Part shown: positions 34,286-36,152 of the stretch, piece by piece
Position numbering within the stretch: position 1 is the first letter of the stretch
How the letters are laid out: every line of letters starts with the position of its first letter
Assembly: GCA_052055015.1 (NCBI GenBank)
Contig: JBQJIT010000067.1
Direction: 5' to 3' (one strand)
Source of the DNA: Malassezia furfur
Taxonomy: Eukaryota
DNA length: 36,152 nt
The notes under the pieces: model-generated
What the model saw: only the letters and a program-made list of their open reading frames with translations
What the model was told of the DNA's origin: nothing
Databases searched by the model: none
Translations under genes and position numbers: made by a program

Positions 34286-34321
<36 letters not shown>

Positions 34322-36152
34322 GCGCTCTCCTTCTTCTTGCGTGAGCCGCCGGTGGCGCGGCGCTTGGGCTCCGGCTCCGGCTCCTGGATGTACTCGATCT
34401 GGCTCGCTTCCTCGCGTGCCTTGCGGCGCGACTCGGCGATGGCCTCGGCGCGGCGGCGGTGCTCCTCCTCGCGTGCGCGGCGCATCTGCTCGAGCTCGGC
34501 CTCCTTGGCGCGCTGCTTCTCGTCGAGGAGGCGCAGCTGCTCGGCGCGCTGCGCGGCGTACGCACGCGCCTCTTCGAGTTGCTTGGCCGCCTGGCGCATC
34601 AGCGATGTCTCGGCGTACTGCGCACGCTGCTCGACGACCTCGGCGGTGATGTACAGGAGCTGGTTCTTGCGGGCGGCCTCCTCCAGCTCCGGGAACGTGG
34701 GCTGCGACGCGGCGACCCACTGCATCGCCTCCTCGAGCTCCTCGGCGCGCTGCTGCTCGAGCGGCAAGTCACACAGCATCTGCAGTGCCTTTTGCGCCAT
34801 GACCGCCTTGTTGTACAGCACCTGCATGCGCTCCACCGCGGCGCTGCTCTTGGCGTCGGTCGCGCGTTCGGCGAGCACCTCGGCGGCGGTCGCGAGGTGC
34901 GCCTGCGCGCTCTGTAGGCGCCCAAACTCCTTCTCGCGCAAACCAAGCGCGTACTCGGCGCGCGCAACGTACTGCAGCACGAGCGGGTTCCGCTCGTTGT
35001 GGTAGCGGTGCAGTGCGAGGTCGTACACGTGTAGCGCACGCTCCAGCTCGTTGCGGATCATGAAGGCGTGGCCCTGGCACACGTACACGCTCGCGTCGTC
35101 GCGCAGCTCGCGCAGGCGGCCAAAGAGCACGATGGCGTCCTCGGCGGCGTTCTTGCGGCGCGCCTCCACGGCCTCGGGCGTTGCATCGGCAGCGCCCAGC
35201 GCGTCGTCGGCGAGCAGGATCATGAGGCCCTGCGCGGCAAACACGCACTGCGGGTTCGCCGCGAGCGCCTTGTCGAACAGGTCGGCGGCACGCAGCATGC
35301 TCTTGGCGCGGTCCGCCTTGTACGACGCGCCGGGCGCGGTGTGCAGCCCGAGCTGGTAGTACGCCCAGCCCAGCGCGCCAAGGATGAAGGCATCGTGCCG
35401 CGCCTCGTCCGCCGCGCGCTTGGCGACGGCCGCGCTGCCAAACAGCGCCTTGCCCGCATCGGGGCCGAGGAACAGCTGCGCAGCCAGCTCCTTGATCGCG
35501 CCCCACGCCGCCTGCGGGTTCGCGGGGTACGCGCCCGCGAGGAAGCGGATGTAGGTCGCGCGCGTGTCCAGGTTCGCCGGGTCGCACGACAGCGCCTCTT
35601 TGAAGCGCGCATTGGCGATCTCACGCGCAGGACGGGTCCCGCCGTCGACCGCGACGTCGCCCGTGTCGTGCGCGGCGAGCACAGCAAGGCGCACGCGCGC
35701 GTCGACGTATTCGGGGTGCGCGGCGACCAGCGCGCGGTACGCGTCCGCGGCCTGCGCACGGTCGCCCGCGGCCTCGAGGGCACGCCCCAGGTCGTAGTTG
35801 GCAAGCACCTTGACCGCGGCCGCGTCTTCGGGCGAGTCGGCCGCCGCCGCCTCAGCGGCGACAAACGCGCGCTCGAGGTAGGCCATGCCGCGGCGCAGTG
35901 CATCCTCGTTGTGCGCGTGGCCCAGCACGCCCGCGCCGTGCTGCACGAGCAGCGCACCGAGGTTCAGCTGCAGCTGTGCACGCAGCGTGCGGGCGTCGTG
36001 GCGCTCGGCGGCGCGCAGTGCATTCGCGTACTGCTGCACGGCGCGAAGCACCTCGCGCGGCGCACACAGCGTCGCGAGCTGCGCGTGCAGCAGCGCATCC
36101 TCGTCAAAGTGCGCCATCGCCGCGAGCGTGCGCGGCGCGAGCTGCTCCTGCT
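33937..36152 (-). CDS. CTR9: PAF1 complex TPR subunit Ctr9 (5' end outside the window)
   Basis: TPR-like repeats YDLGRALEAAG..YRALVAAHPEYVDARVRL, LFDKALAANPQCVFAAQGL and DASVYVCQGHAF, then a coiled-coil and an acidic/basic tail. The frame stays open to the window edge upstream of the ORF-track ATG at 36117. Confidence 0.82.
34288..34320 (-). repeat. (CAG)11 coding microsatellite (polyQ) in CTR9
   Basis: Perfect (ctg)11 on the plus strand, encoding SAQQQQQQQQQQQDAQ. Confidence 0.95.

Overview
This is compact, GC-rich eukaryotic (fungal) genomic DNA. The gene content, very short intergenic gaps, tiny GT-AG introns and lipase/mannoprotein genes suggest the basidiomycete yeast Malassezia; this is an inference, not a database match. 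I can support 19 protein-coding genes and one tRNA. In order they are: a DUF2433-type metallophosphoesterase-like/RRM protein (partial), eIF5B, the arginine-specific carbamoyl-phosphate synthase large chain, tRNA-Ala(AGC) with an 8-nt intron, an AB-hydrolase lipase/steryl esterase, a VOA1/Ac45-like protein, MAM33, an EPS1/PDI-like thioredoxin, Rictor (AVO3/TSC11), a COA1-family protein, three tandem MP88-like GPI mannoprotein paralogs, MRPS16, a PNUTS/Ppn1-like PP1 regulator, an NDUFAF7-like methyltransferase, EMC5, actin, NOP56, proteasome alpha-1 and CTR9 (partial). The most striking signal is intron architecture. I resolved 22 spliceosomal introns by hand (one tentative); 13 are only 23-25 nt and none is shorter than 23 nt. 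In the 23-24-nt introns the branch A sits at position 16-19. Other highlights are a hairpin between the branch point and 3' splice site of actin intron 1, the tandem mannoprotein array, a CACGTG box in most promoters, and a 50-bp bidirectional promoter. I saw no mobile elements, CRISPR arrays or rRNA.
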